Shown: positions 10,407-19,890 of the stretch, piece by piece
How the letters are laid out: each line of letters opens with the position of its first letter
Numbering within the stretch: position 1 is the first letter of the stretch
DNA from: a virus
Lineage: Duplodnaviria; Caudoviricetes
Direction: 5' to 3' (one strand)
Virus record (IMG/VR): IMGVR_UViG_3300010354_000087
Location: 1-63,668 of that record
DNA: 63,668 nucleotides
Translations under genes and position numbers: made by a program
The notes under the pieces: generated by a model
What the model saw: the letters and a program-made list of their open reading frames with translations, nothing else
Databases searched by the model: none
Told to the model about the DNA's origin: nothing

Positions 10407-10951
10407 CAGTTACAGTAGGAGGACTAGCACCCGCAACTGGAAGTCAAACTACTGTCAGTAATGGGCTTATCCAACAAGGAACCATAATACAATGGATACA
10501 GGCAAGTACAAGTGTAAGAACTACATACACTGCTCAACCGAGTGGAAATGGAACCGCCATTACTCAACTAAATTTAACCATTACACCACGCAGAGCAGAC
10601 AGTGTAATTTGGCTTCGTTGGACAACTTTTTATGAAATGCATCACGACTGTGGATTTGTAGTTTTAAGAGACAGTAATTTAATAGGTTATAATACCTATA
10701 GAGGAAATGTTCGTTGGTCTAACATACTAACTCCTCTCTATGACAATGATTACAGCACCACTCCGCAACAAAGTACCATAAATTGGTTTGACCCAGCAGG
10801 TAACACTTCAGCCAGAACTTATAGTCTAGCAGTTAGAAGCAGCAGCAGCGGTACATTCACATATGCTCTAAATAGATCGTTAAACAGCGCAGGCACAGAC
10901 GGACAAGAAGTTGGTCATAGTTGGGGTTGGGCAAGGGAGATAGCAGGATGA
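10403..10951 (+). CDS. Small fibre/adhesin-like paralogue 2
   Basis: ATGA overlap; shares FYExHHD, IGYNTxxGNVRWS and EIA motifs with paralogue 1. Confidence 0.6.
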   Translation: MTVTVGGLAPATGSQTTVSNGLIQQGTIIQWIQASTSVRTTYTAQPSGNGTAITQLNLTITPRRADSVIWLRWTTFYEMHHDCGFVVLRDSNLIGYNTYRGNVRWSNILTPLYDNDYSTTPQQSTINWFDPAGNTSARTYSLAVRSSSSGTFTYALNRSLNSAGTDGQEVGHSWGWAREIAG

Positions 10952-11562
10952 GTGTTTTAAAAGTAGATAATATAACAGGTCCTGTAAGAGTAGCCTACCC
11001 AAACGCAGTCTATGCTCCAGGACACATAGTGCAAGTTCAATATTCTGTAGCCATGGAACGTCATTACTACACAGTGCCCAACAATGATGGAGGTATGAGA
11101 GCAGATATATTTGCAGAAGGTATTCACGAAGGCGGTGTTATTGTCAGACCATTGGATGTCAATATTAAACCACGTAGTAGAGATAGTTTTATTTTCATAG
11201 AATTTAATGTGTTTTTTGAAGGCAGTCATGATATTGTGTTTACTATACTTAGAGACGGTTCTATGATAGGTGCAGCACAACCTGATCATGAAGTTATAGG
11301 CAGATATGGAGCAAGTAAACAACAAGGGATCGGTGTTTCACGCTACGACAACAACTATGATAGTACACCTAGTTACATTCAAGTACCATGGATTGATCGC
11401 CCAGGTAAAACAGAGTGGGTAACCTATAGTTTTGCTGTAAAAAGCTCAGGCGCATCCAACCAGAGTTTTACACTAAATTCAACGCTTACAAACTATCAAA
11501 ATGGTGGCGATGCATATGAACAAGGTGTGAGTTTTGGAATAGCTCAAGAAATCGCCGCATAA
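10948..11562 (+). CDS. Small fibre/adhesin-like paralogue 3
   Basis: ATGA overlap; MSVLKVDNI start; ends GVSFGIAQEIAA like paralogue 1. Confidence 0.6.
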   Translation: MSVLKVDNITGPVRVAYPNAVYAPGHIVQVQYSVAMERHYYTVPNNDGGMRADIFAEGIHEGGVIVRPLDVNIKPRSRDSFIFIEFNVFFEGSHDIVFTILRDGSMIGAAQPDHEVIGRYGASKQQGIGVSRYDNNYDSTPSYIQVPWIDRPGKTEWVTYSFAVKSSGASNQSFTLNSTLTNYQNGGDAYEQGVSFGIAQEIAA

Positions 11563-11585
11563 ATAATAGAAGGAATTAAAAAAAC

Positions 11586-12017
11586 ATGTCAGATACCGCT
11601 AGCCCAAGTAGAAAAATATTACCAATCGCTGAAGCTCTATATCTACTAGCGCCCAATGCTATTTGGAGCGTAGAAGGAGACAATGTTGATGGTATTAAGT
11701 GGGAGTCAGATCCTGCTTTAAGACCTAGTGACGAATCTATTTTAGCAAAAGCTCAAGAATTAATCAACGAAGCTCCTATGAAAGCATTACGTAGAGTAAG
11801 AGACGCTAGATTAAGAGAGACGGATTGGGTCACACTTAGAGCCATGAGGACTGGAGAGCCTATTCCTCAAGAATGGAAAGATTATATGCAGGCTCTAGCA
11901 GACATCACTAAGAACAGCAATCCACAATTAGTAGCAGGAGAGCTTGTTGGTGTAACATGGCCTGTTAGACCTGATGGCGAAGAAGCAGGTCAAACGAGAT
12001 TTAGAGTAATTAGATGA
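11586..12017 (+). CDS. Tail fibre assembly chaperone-like protein
   Basis: LRRVRDARLRETDW...WKDYMQALADIT...WPVRP pattern of phage tail assembly chaperones. Confidence 0.7.
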   Translation: MSDTASPSRKILPIAEALYLLAPNAIWSVEGDNVDGIKWESDPALRPSDESILAKAQELINEAPMKALRRVRDARLRETDWVTLRAMRTGEPIPQEWKDYMQALADITKNSNPQLVAGELVGVTWPVRPDGEEAGQTRFRVIR

Positions 12018-12520
12018 GCACAGTAAGAGCAGATAATCTTCAGGCAGTTACAAGTGAAGTTACACTTCCATTGACTGAATTAAGGCAGCGTGTAATAAAA
12101 GATTTTCGATCACGTTACACAGGAGGATCTTATATACCTGGAGATGCTTATTCATGGGCATTAGGTATGTTTCAAGATTATGCTCCAGCCTCTGCGTCTA
12201 GTAGAATTAGAACAACTATAAGTTTTAGTTACAGCCATGAAAATGGACACGCTATAAGCCATTGGATATTTTATGCTAACGGCACAGAAATTGGTCGTCA
12301 CAGTATAGCAGGTCAAAGTCCAGAGCATAGACATGTATATGTCTGGGATTTTGCCAGTTGGGGAACAGCTACTGGCAGAATAGGCTATCAAGTAAGACGA
12401 TACGGTAGCGGTAATCAGCCTAGAATACACGCTACACATCATTGGGATGGTGGTGGAAGTAATCAATCATCCCTTGCTGTAGGTGAAATGACAATTGAGG
12501 AATATTTTGCAATACCATGA
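12014..12520 (+). CDS. Small fibre/adhesin-like paralogue 4
   Basis: HAISHWIFYANG, WDFASWG, WDGGG and IEEY motifs shared with paralogues 5-9. Confidence 0.6.
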   Translation: MSTVRADNLQAVTSEVTLPLTELRQRVIKDFRSRYTGGSYIPGDAYSWALGMFQDYAPASASSRIRTTISFSYSHENGHAISHWIFYANGTEIGRHSIAGQSPEHRHVYVWDFASWGTATGRIGYQVRRYGSGNQPRIHATHHWDGGGSNQSSLAVGEMTIEEYFAIP

Positions 12521-13026
12521 GCACTTTAATCGTTGACCAATTAACAGTAGATCCTGAGCAAACACAGGTTCCTCTTACCGAACTAGGACATCGCGTAATA
12601 AGAAGCTATAGAGCTACTTACACTGGTGGACAGTGGAACCCTACGACCTCATATCAATGGATTCCTGGAATGTTTTATGATTACACTCCTTTGTCTGCAA
12701 GTAGCAGAATAAGAACATGTTGTCATATTCCTTATGCACGTAATAGCGGAGTAGCTCATGCAATAAGTCATTGGATATTTTACGCCAATGGTGTAGAGCA
12801 GGGTCGCCACAGTATTTCAGGAAATCATCTTGAAGATATGAGCACATACATTTGGGATTTCGCTAGTTGGGGAACCAGTGTAGGTCGTATAGGATATCAG
12901 CAACGCTCGTATGGTGACGACAATCATGAAGTTCGTGTTTACACAACACAATACTGGGACGGCGGTGGTAGCGCTCAAAATTGCTATGGCCAGTTAGTCA
13001 TAGAAGAATATCTACCAGGAGTATAA
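12517..13026 (+). CDS. Small fibre/adhesin-like paralogue 5
   Basis: Same motifs; ATGA overlap. Confidence 0.6.
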   Translation: MSTLIVDQLTVDPEQTQVPLTELGHRVIRSYRATYTGGQWNPTTSYQWIPGMFYDYTPLSASSRIRTCCHIPYARNSGVAHAISHWIFYANGVEQGRHSISGNHLEDMSTYIWDFASWGTSVGRIGYQQRSYGDDNHEVRVYTTQYWDGGGSAQNCYGQLVIEEYLPGV

Positions 13027-13530
13027 ATGGGAGCCCTTACAGTAGAAAACTTGCGAGATGTTAGCGGAACAGTTACTATTCCAGTAAGAGATCTTAAACA
13101 ACGAGTAATACAATACTATCAAGCTGTTTATACCGGAGGAGAGTGGAACCCAGATAATACGTTTAACTGGATTCCAGGTGCGTTCTATGATTTTACTCCA
13201 AGAAGAGCAGACAGCAGGATAAAATATACTATGAGATTACCTATTGCATGGGTAGCATCAAGTCATGCAATAAGTCATATGTATTTTTACGCCAATAGCA
13301 TTTTATATTATTACTGGAGTGAAAGCGGAACTCATATAGAAAATGGTAGAACTTTTCAATTTGAAGTTCCTAGTTGGGGGACCAACCAGGCTAGAATAGG
13401 AATGCAGCATAGATCCTATAGCAATGATAATCATGAAGTAAGAATGTATACAACTTACTACTGGGACGGCACAGGACGTAGTGCTCAGAATGCTAGAGGG
13501 CATTTAATGATAGAGGAACTACTTTACTAA
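13027..13530 (+). CDS. Small fibre/adhesin-like paralogue 6
   Basis: Same motifs; abuts the upstream stop. Confidence 0.6.
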   Translation: MGALTVENLRDVSGTVTIPVRDLKQRVIQYYQAVYTGGEWNPDNTFNWIPGAFYDFTPRRADSRIKYTMRLPIAWVASSHAISHMYFYANSILYYYWSESGTHIENGRTFQFEVPSWGTNQARIGMQHRSYSNDNHEVRMYTTYYWDGTGRSAQNARGHLMIEELLY

Positions 13531-13984
13531 TGGGAACACTTAGATTAGATGCAATAAGCAATAGACTAGGCACAATAACCGTGCCCTTAACAGAACTTAC
13601 TGCTAGAGTAATTCAGCGCTATGAGAATACCTATACAGGAGGAGAGTGGAACCCAGATAATACTAGCAACTGGGTTCCTGGAGGTTTCGTAGATTTTACA
13701 CCAAGAAGCGCCCAGTCAAGAATACATTTCTTATGGAGAATTCCTCACGCTTGGTCAAATGCTACCCATGCTATTAGCCATTGGAGATTTTTTGTCGCAG
13801 GAATTTGTTACTATTGGCATAGTCAGTCAGGTGTTCATATAGAAGACGGTAATATTATTCAATGGGATGTGCCTAGCTGGGGAACAAGTTCAGGAAGAAT
13901 AGGTTACCAAGTTAGATCCTATAGCAATGATAATCATGAAACAAGATTATATACAACGTATTACTGGGACGGCACAGGACGTAG
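13135..13984 (+). repeat. Three exact direct repeats (26, 28, 23 nt) at a constant 503-nt offset between paralogues 6 and 7
   Basis: 13135-13160=13638-13663; 13410-13437=13913-13940; 13459-13481=13962-13984. Confidence 0.9.
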
Positions 13985-14087
13985 CGCTCAAAATGCTAGA
14001 GGGCAATTAATAGTTGAAGAATATTTAGGAGTGGGAGAACCAACAGGAGTTGGTGCTGCTTCAAGACAAACAATTACAGCAAGGTAA
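13530..14087 (+). CDS. Small fibre/adhesin-like paralogue 7
   Basis: Closest to paralogue 6 (YTGGEWNPDN, RSYSNDNHE, YWDGTGRSAQNARG). Confidence 0.6.
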   Translation: MGTLRLDAISNRLGTITVPLTELTARVIQRYENTYTGGEWNPDNTSNWVPGGFVDFTPRSAQSRIHFLWRIPHAWSNATHAISHWRFFVAGICYYWHSQSGVHIEDGNIIQWDVPSWGTSSGRIGYQVRSYSNDNHETRLYTTYYWDGTGRSAQNARGQLIVEEYLGVGEPTGVGAASRQTITAR

Positions 14088-14109
14088 ATAAAGAAACAAG
14101 GAGATAACA

Positions 14110-14439
14110 ATGTCTAATGATGTTGATTTTGGTGAGGTTATGCACAAGTTCTATGCAGGACGTCTATATGGAGTAAGAGGTCCTTTATACGACGATATTA
14201 CGTGGATGGAAACAACCCCAAAACCTACTAGAGAAGAATTAATTGCCAAATGGGAAACTATTAAGGACGATGTTGCACTAAGACGTGTTCATGAACAACG
14301 TGCAATGCCAGGAAAATATCCTAGTAGGGACGATATGATTGTAGCTCTATGGGAAATGGTAGTAGAAAATCGCCCAGAAAAAGCCGCAGCACTACAGTCA
14401 CGTAGAGAAGCAATTAAACAAGAATTTCCTAAGCCATAA
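14110..14439 (+). CDS. XkdW-like / fibre-associated chaperone-like protein
   Basis: YDDITW...KPTREEL...YPS...AIKQEFPKP pattern; AAGGAG SD. Confidence 0.55.
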   Translation: MSNDVDFGEVMHKFYAGRLYGVRGPLYDDITWMETTPKPTREELIAKWETIKDDVALRRVHEQRAMPGKYPSRDDMIVALWEMVVENRPEKAAALQSRREAIKQEFPKP

Positions 14440-14441
14440 AC

Positions 14442-14951
14442 ATGACCGGAACTCTTTTAGTTAATACCATCCGCAATTCTGCGAATTCAGTGAATCTTTC
14501 TACGACAAATCTAAATCGTAGGCTGATACAACGAACTTATAGATGGTTCAGGGGAGGTGCTTGGAATCCAGGCAACACCTACTACGAAGTTCCTGGTAGT
14601 TGGTTAAGTATAACACCAGTCTATAGTAATAGTTATTTAACTTATACTTGGATGTGTCCATTAGGCCACAGAGGTGCTGCACATTCTATAACACATTGGA
14701 TTTTTATGGCCAACGGGCAAGAATATGCAAGGCATAGTGTTAGTGTAGATCATCAAGAATCGGGAGTAATCCGTCGTTGGGAAGTTCCCAGCTGGGGTGC
14801 AGGAAAAGCAGCAGGTATGGGATACATAACAAGACAATACACTGATAGTAATCATAGTGTGCATTGGAATGCTCAAAGATACCAAAACGGCAGTGATAGC
14901 ACAAGAGGTGTTCCAAGCTGGGTTAGTGTAGAGGAGTATACAGCGGCATGA
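14442..14951 (+). CDS. Small fibre/adhesin-like paralogue 8
   Basis: HSITHWIFMANG, WEVPSWG and VEEY motifs. Confidence 0.6.
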   Translation: MTGTLLVNTIRNSANSVNLSTTNLNRRLIQRTYRWFRGGAWNPGNTYYEVPGSWLSITPVYSNSYLTYTWMCPLGHRGAAHSITHWIFMANGQEYARHSVSVDHQESGVIRRWEVPSWGAGKAAGMGYITRQYTDSNHSVHWNAQRYQNGSDSTRGVPSWVSVEEYTAA

Positions 14952-15460
14952 CAGGCATTCTACAAGTAGATAGTGTTACCAATGAATCAGCGTCATTTGG
15001 AATAACTACCGATTATTTCAAAAGAAGATTAATTCAAAGAACAAATTATATTCATAGAACCGGATGGTGGAGAGCAAACAATGCCTACTATTGGGTTCCA
15101 GGAGCTTATATGGATTTTAGGCCTATGCGAGGAGACACTCGCATTCGTGTAAGTTATAATATTCATACAAGACAATATGGACCAAGTCAGCATATGATTA
15201 TGCACTATATTTTTTATGTAGACGAGGTTGAGTATGGCAGATTTACCAGAGGCGGCCATCATGTAGAAAATACAAATACTATTCAATTTGATGTGCCTAG
15301 TTGGGATGCATATGCTTATGCTAGGATTGGATTTAAGTGCAGATCTTATTCAGAAGGTAATCATAATGCGCATTTATGGCATACTCAATATTGGGATGGT
15401 GGCGGCAATTCATATGACACTCCAGGACAAATGATAGTCGAGGAATACGTTCCTGTGTAA
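14948..15460 (+). CDS. Small fibre/adhesin-like paralogue 9
   Basis: HMIMHYIF, FDVPSW, YWDGGG and VEEY motifs. Confidence 0.6.
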   Translation: MTGILQVDSVTNESASFGITTDYFKRRLIQRTNYIHRTGWWRANNAYYWVPGAYMDFRPMRGDTRIRVSYNIHTRQYGPSQHMIMHYIFYVDEVEYGRFTRGGHHVENTNTIQFDVPSWDAYAYARIGFKCRSYSEGNHNAHLWHTQYWDGGGNSYDTPGQMIVEEYVPV

Positions 15461-15515
15461 TCATATCTAACTGAATAGTCTACGATTTTTTACTATATAA
15501 AGTAAAAGGGCATAG

Positions 15516-16001
15516 ATGAATCATTCAGAAACATTGTCAATTATACTAAGCAAAGACCAGAATATATTGCATTTTAGCCATAATGAAGAACGCTTAGACA
15601 ACTATCAGGAGTTTAAAAATTATAAAACAATTGGAATGGATGACAATTCCGATATTAAAATTTCTCCTAACAAACCTATAAATCAAGAATTACTACAAGG
15701 GTTTGACCTAATTGTATTTTCAGCCTATTTAGAAATTATAGACAATCCTTTAGAATTAATTGAACAAGTTAAAAACTTTTCAGAAACTATTTGTATATAT
15801 GAATACAAGTATGATTTAATGTCTAATTGTAGCACAGAATGGAAAAAACATTGGAGTCAAATCGGGCTTACTTGGAATCTAACTCAAAAATTTGATCTTA
15901 TCAACGAGTTATATTTTGAAGAAGCCACACTACATACTTGTAAAATTCCTTATAATCAGAACGAAAATCAAAAAAAGGAATTAGAAAATGTTGCTCAATA
16001 A
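15516..16001 (+). CDS. Hypothetical protein, possibly a degenerate SAM-dependent methyltransferase
   Basis: FDLIVFSAYLEIIDNPLELIE resembles a class I methyltransferase segment; no clear glycine-rich motif I. Confidence 0.4.
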   Translation: MNHSETLSIILSKDQNILHFSHNEERLDNYQEFKNYKTIGMDDNSDIKISPNKPINQELLQGFDLIVFSAYLEIIDNPLELIEQVKNFSETICIYEYKYDLMSNCSTEWKKHWSQIGLTWNLTQKFDLINELYFEEATLHTCKIPYNQNENQKKELENVAQ

Positions 16002-17475
16002 TATTGCTATTGTAGGCGGAGGAACAGCAGGATTAATTACTGCTATAATTTTACGAAAAACTTGGCCTAATTTAAAAATAGATATCATAGAATCTGATAA
16101 TATAGGTATAGTTGGAGTAGGAGAAGGTTCAACTGAGCATTGGCGCAATTTTATTTCAGATTGTAATATAAAATTAGTTGATCTTGTTAAAGAAACAGAT
16201 TGCACATTTAAATATGGTATTAACTTTTCCAACTGGCTAGGTGATGGCACAAATTATATTCATAATGTCAGTAGCAATATGAGTATAGAAAGCCAAACAC
16301 ACAGTAAAATAATGTATGCCTATCCAATTAGCGAAGGCTTAGATGCTAAAAGTCTTGTAATGGATTATGTTGAAAAAAGCCTACATATAGAGCCATACTG
16401 GGGTGTAAATCAATTTCATTTCAATACCTTTAAATTGAATACATTTTTACACAAAATTTGTGAAGAAAGAAATATAGGTATAGTTAAAGCAGACATTGAT
16501 AGCGTTCATTTAACTGAAAACGGAGCAATAGACTACCTTAAAGATAAACAAGGAGTTGTTCATAACTATGAGTTTTATGTTGACAGCACAGGATTTCATA
16601 GGCTATTGCTACACAAAACTATGGGCGTTCCTTGGAGGAGTTATCAAAAATATCTTCCAATGAATTCTGCCATTGCGTTTCCGACCGAACGACAAGAAGA
16701 TATTCCAAGTTGGACTTTAAGTAGAGCAATGGACAGTGGATGGCTATGGAGAATTCCTACACAGGAACGTTTTGGCAACGGCTATGTTTTTAATGATAGT
16801 TTTATGGATTTTGAAACTGCTAAGAAAGAAGTTGAAAAGTTATACGGATACGAAGTTAATATTGCCAAGCAGATTAAATTCGATGCAGGATGTTTAGAAA
16901 CATCCTGGGTTAAAAATTGCTGTGCCATAGGACTAAGTTGCAGTTTCGTTGAACCTTTAGAAGCAAGTAGTATAGGATCTAGTATTCAACAAGCCTATTA
17001 TTTAACCACAGCCTTAAGCAGTTATATTCCAGGATCAGATATAGACTTGGCACAGAGAACTTTTAACAGATTGTCAGATGAATTACTAGAAAATATTGTA
17101 GAGTTTGTTCAACTACACTACATAACTTCAAGACAAGATACTGATTTCTGGAAAAGTATTCAGGAACTTCCTAAATTTCCATCGTTAGAAGAAAAATTAG
17201 AAATATGGCGACATAAATTTCCAGGTATAGGTGAGTTTCAAAATAGAACTGTAATGTTTAAAGAATCTAATTATATTCTAGTATTACACGGTTTAGGATT
17301 AATTTCAAAAGATATCGCTCAAAAAGAAATGTTAAAACAGCCCAAACATGTGCAAGAAAGTGTGCCCTTTAATTATAATAGGATGCGTAACGACATGCAG
17401 GAAAAAATTAAAAATAGCCAGGCAGTTTCCCATAGACAAGCGTTACAATGGCTAGCAGATAATCCGGAGTCCTAA
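15988..17475 (+). CDS. Flavin-dependent tryptophan halogenase-family protein
   Basis: IVGGGTAG, VGVGEGS, TFKYGI (catalytic Lys position), GWLWRIP (WxWxIP), FVEPLEAS. Confidence 0.88.
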   Translation: MLLNNIAIVGGGTAGLITAIILRKTWPNLKIDIIESDNIGIVGVGEGSTEHWRNFISDCNIKLVDLVKETDCTFKYGINFSNWLGDGTNYIHNVSSNMSIESQTHSKIMYAYPISEGLDAKSLVMDYVEKSLHIEPYWGVNQFHFNTFKLNTFLHKICEERNIGIVKADIDSVHLTENGAIDYLKDKQGVVHNYEFYVDSTGFHRLLLHKTMGVPWRSYQKYLPMNSAIAFPTERQEDIPSWTLSRAMDSGWLWRIPTQERFGNGYVFNDSFMDFETAKKEVEKLYGYEVNIAKQIKFDAGCLETSWVKNCCAIGLSCSFVEPLEASSIGSSIQQAYYLTTALSSYIPGSDIDLAQRTFNRLSDELLENIVEFVQLHYITSRQDTDFWKSIQELPKFPSLEEKLEIWRHKFPGIGEFQNRTVMFKESNYILVLHGLGLISKDIAQKEMLKQPKHVQESVPFNYNRMRNDMQEKIKNSQAVSHRQALQWLADNPES

Positions 17476-18134
17476 TGAGTCACTTAACAAGACAAGGTAA
17501 TAGTTGGATAATTATCACTCACGTTTCAGATATATCTGATGCTAAAACTATGCTAGAAACTGTAAACAAAGAAAATTATGCCGACTATACCAGCGCTAAA
17601 GGCATAAATTCTAAACAACATTATATAATCCCTCCTTCTTGGATGCCTAGCAAAGACCATAACTTTCCCGATAACTGGGACACAATCTCAGCTAAGTATG
17701 CCTTGATTGCGCAAAAAGAATTAGTGCATTATGGAATTATGCCTTTGAATTGGAAGAAATTATATGCTCGTAGTGCTTGGACAGTAAAAGGAGAAGAAGG
17801 AAGTTATCATACTATTCATGAACACGGACCAAACTCAGTAAGCACTATTTTATATACTACTGTTCCTCCCAAAGGCGAAGACGATATTCCTTACACTAAT
17901 GGGTCAACATACTTTGTAATGGACGGCAGTGCCTATAATGACTTATCTATCCCTGCTTGTAGAGTCATGCATGTTACGCCTAAAGAAGGTATGCTGGTAA
18001 TTTTTCCTAGTTATATACTGCACGGAGTTTATCCCCAAGGACCAGGTCTACGACAGACTTTAAACATCGATTATCACGGAGATCCAAACTTTACTTATGG
18101 TCTAGGAACCGGCGGATCTACAAGTTATAATTAA
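17475..18134 (+). CDS. Putative 2OG-Fe(II) oxygenase
   Basis: YHTIHEH...STILY and EGMLVIFPSYILHGV...R motifs. Confidence 0.7.
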   Translation: MSHLTRQGNSWIIITHVSDISDAKTMLETVNKENYADYTSAKGINSKQHYIIPPSWMPSKDHNFPDNWDTISAKYALIAQKELVHYGIMPLNWKKLYARSAWTVKGEEGSYHTIHEHGPNSVSTILYTTVPPKGEDDIPYTNGSTYFVMDGSAYNDLSIPACRVMHVTPKEGMLVIFPSYILHGVYPQGPGLRQTLNIDYHGDPNFTYGLGTGGSTSYN

Positions 18135-19624
18135 TGCGTATAAATTCAATCTGCATAGTCGGTGGAGGAACAAGCGGTTTTCTAACTGCTTGTTATCTTG
18201 CTAATAAATTCCCTCAAATCAATCTTACTTTAGTCGAAAGCACCAAAATAGGAACTATAGGAGTAGGGGAAGGCACACAGCCTTACACAACAAAATTTTT
18301 AAGAGATTGTGGGCTTGAGCCTAAGGATTGGATGAAGGATTCTGATGCTACCTATAAGTTAGGTGTTGAGTTTGTAGGATGGCAATCAGAATCCTTTTTT
18401 GTTGATAACGATAGTACAGTTACTCATGTAGTAGGACCTAATAAACTTTTCCATGATTACTGGATTGGAAAAAATTCTAAAGATTATTTCAATTGGTTGC
18501 CTGCATATAGACTTGCTAAAGAAAATAAAAGTCCAAAATTAACTCCTGATTTAGATTTTGTATTAGGTGCCTCGGTAATTCCTTCAGAAGCTGTGCATTT
18601 TAATGCTAGTAAAATTATTAACACTCTTAAATCAAAAGTTATAAATCGAATTCACTATATAGATGCAGAAATCTTAGATGTAAAAGTTAATGAACTAGGA
18701 ATAGAATTTTTAATTTTAGAAAATTATCAAGTTAGTGCAGACCTTTATATAGACTGCACAGGGTTTAAATCTCTACTTATAGAGCAGGCGTTAAACATAA
18801 AACATCATAACATAAATGCATTACTTCCTTGCGATAAAGCAATAGCAATGCCAACTAATTATCTTGACCCTACTTCTCAATGTCATCCATACACAAAATC
18901 AACTGCTATGTCTAGCGGATGGATTTGGACTATTCCTACTTTTGGTAGAATAGGGAATGGATATGTGTATAGTTCTGATTTTATTAGTAAAGATAATGCA
19001 GAATTAGAATTACGAAATTACCTACAAGATTTTAAAACAGATGTTCTTCATATTAATATGAGAACAGGTTATAAAGAAAAAATCTGCGAAAAGAATGTAG
19101 TTGCAGTAGGCTTAAGCGGGGGTTTTGTCGAGCCGCTAGAGGCCACTGGTATTACATTTACCACAAAATCTGTAGAAATTTTATGCAATTATCTCGAGTC
19201 TTTTGACTTTGTTTATGATGACAACGTTCGCAATAATATCAATCAAGTTTATAATTCATTGTTTAAAGAAATACTTGCTTTTGTGCATTTACATTACAAG
19301 ACGAACGAAGCGAAAAAAACAGAATTTTGGCAGTATTTCGATGAAGTTCCATTTCCTGAATTTATAAAAGATATAGTAAGAAATTTTGTGCCATACCCAC
19401 CTGATATATTATTCAAAGAAAATAATTTCAGCATGTTTCATAGCGGACAATGGTTTGAATTATTAACGGCCTGCGGACAATATAAAAAAGTCTCGAACAA
19501 ACTTAGCAATGACGAAGTTCAGTATTATGAAATACACAAAGAAATGTTTAAGGTAAGAACTGATCTAGAAATCGCAAAATTTCCCAATCATTACGATTAC
19601 CTTAAACAGATTTACTCTAATTAA
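18134..19624 (+). CDS. Flavin-dependent tryptophan halogenase-family protein (second copy)
   Basis: IVGGGTSG, IGVGEGT, TYKLGV, GWIWTIP, FVEPLEATG. Confidence 0.88.
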   Translation: MRINSICIVGGGTSGFLTACYLANKFPQINLTLVESTKIGTIGVGEGTQPYTTKFLRDCGLEPKDWMKDSDATYKLGVEFVGWQSESFFVDNDSTVTHVVGPNKLFHDYWIGKNSKDYFNWLPAYRLAKENKSPKLTPDLDFVLGASVIPSEAVHFNASKIINTLKSKVINRIHYIDAEILDVKVNELGIEFLILENYQVSADLYIDCTGFKSLLIEQALNIKHHNINALLPCDKAIAMPTNYLDPTSQCHPYTKSTAMSSGWIWTIPTFGRIGNGYVYSSDFISKDNAELELRNYLQDFKTDVLHINMRTGYKEKICEKNVVAVGLSGGFVEPLEATGITFTTKSVEILCNYLESFDFVYDDNVRNNINQVYNSLFKEILAFVHLHYKTNEAKKTEFWQYFDEVPFPEFIKDIVRNFVPYPPDILFKENNFSMFHSGQWFELLTACGQYKKVSNKLSNDEVQYYEIHKEMFKVRTDLEIAKFPNHYDYLKQIYSN

Positions 19625-19881
19625 CCAACCTCTTGAAATTTTTTATATATAGTTCGTCTGATATTTAGAATATTTTCTCTAAATTCTAGAGTATTTGTGC
19701 TGATTCTATTAGTAGTTCCTAGATCATTATGACAGTTATCCAGAAGTCTAACCTGCTTTATTAAATTTCCTAATAAAACTTCTATTTCTTTTTTTACGAG
19801 TTCATTTTCAACTAAGGATAATCTTGAATACCATTCAGATATTTCAGTTTGAAATTTTTCACTTTTTTCGATAGATAACAT
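19621..19881 (-). CDS. Hypothetical protein
   Basis: 86-aa ORF that closes the minus-strand operon. Confidence 0.55.
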   Translation of the reverse strand: MLSIEKSEKFQTEISEWYSRLSLVENELVKKEIEVLLGNLIKQVRLLDNCHNDLGTTNRISTNTLEFRENILNIRRTIYKKFQEVG

Positions 19882-19890
19882 TTAAAAGTC

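Noticed and set aside
13135-13984. CRISPR-like repeats
   Set aside because: Only two copies of each, 503 nt apart and inside coding sequence; no repeat-spacer periodicity
12014-15460. Diversity-generating retroelement (template/variable repeat pair) in the paralogue array
   Set aside because: No reverse transcriptase in the window, both repeat copies lie in intact genes, and the mismatches are not adenine-specific (many are synonymous C/T or G/T changes)
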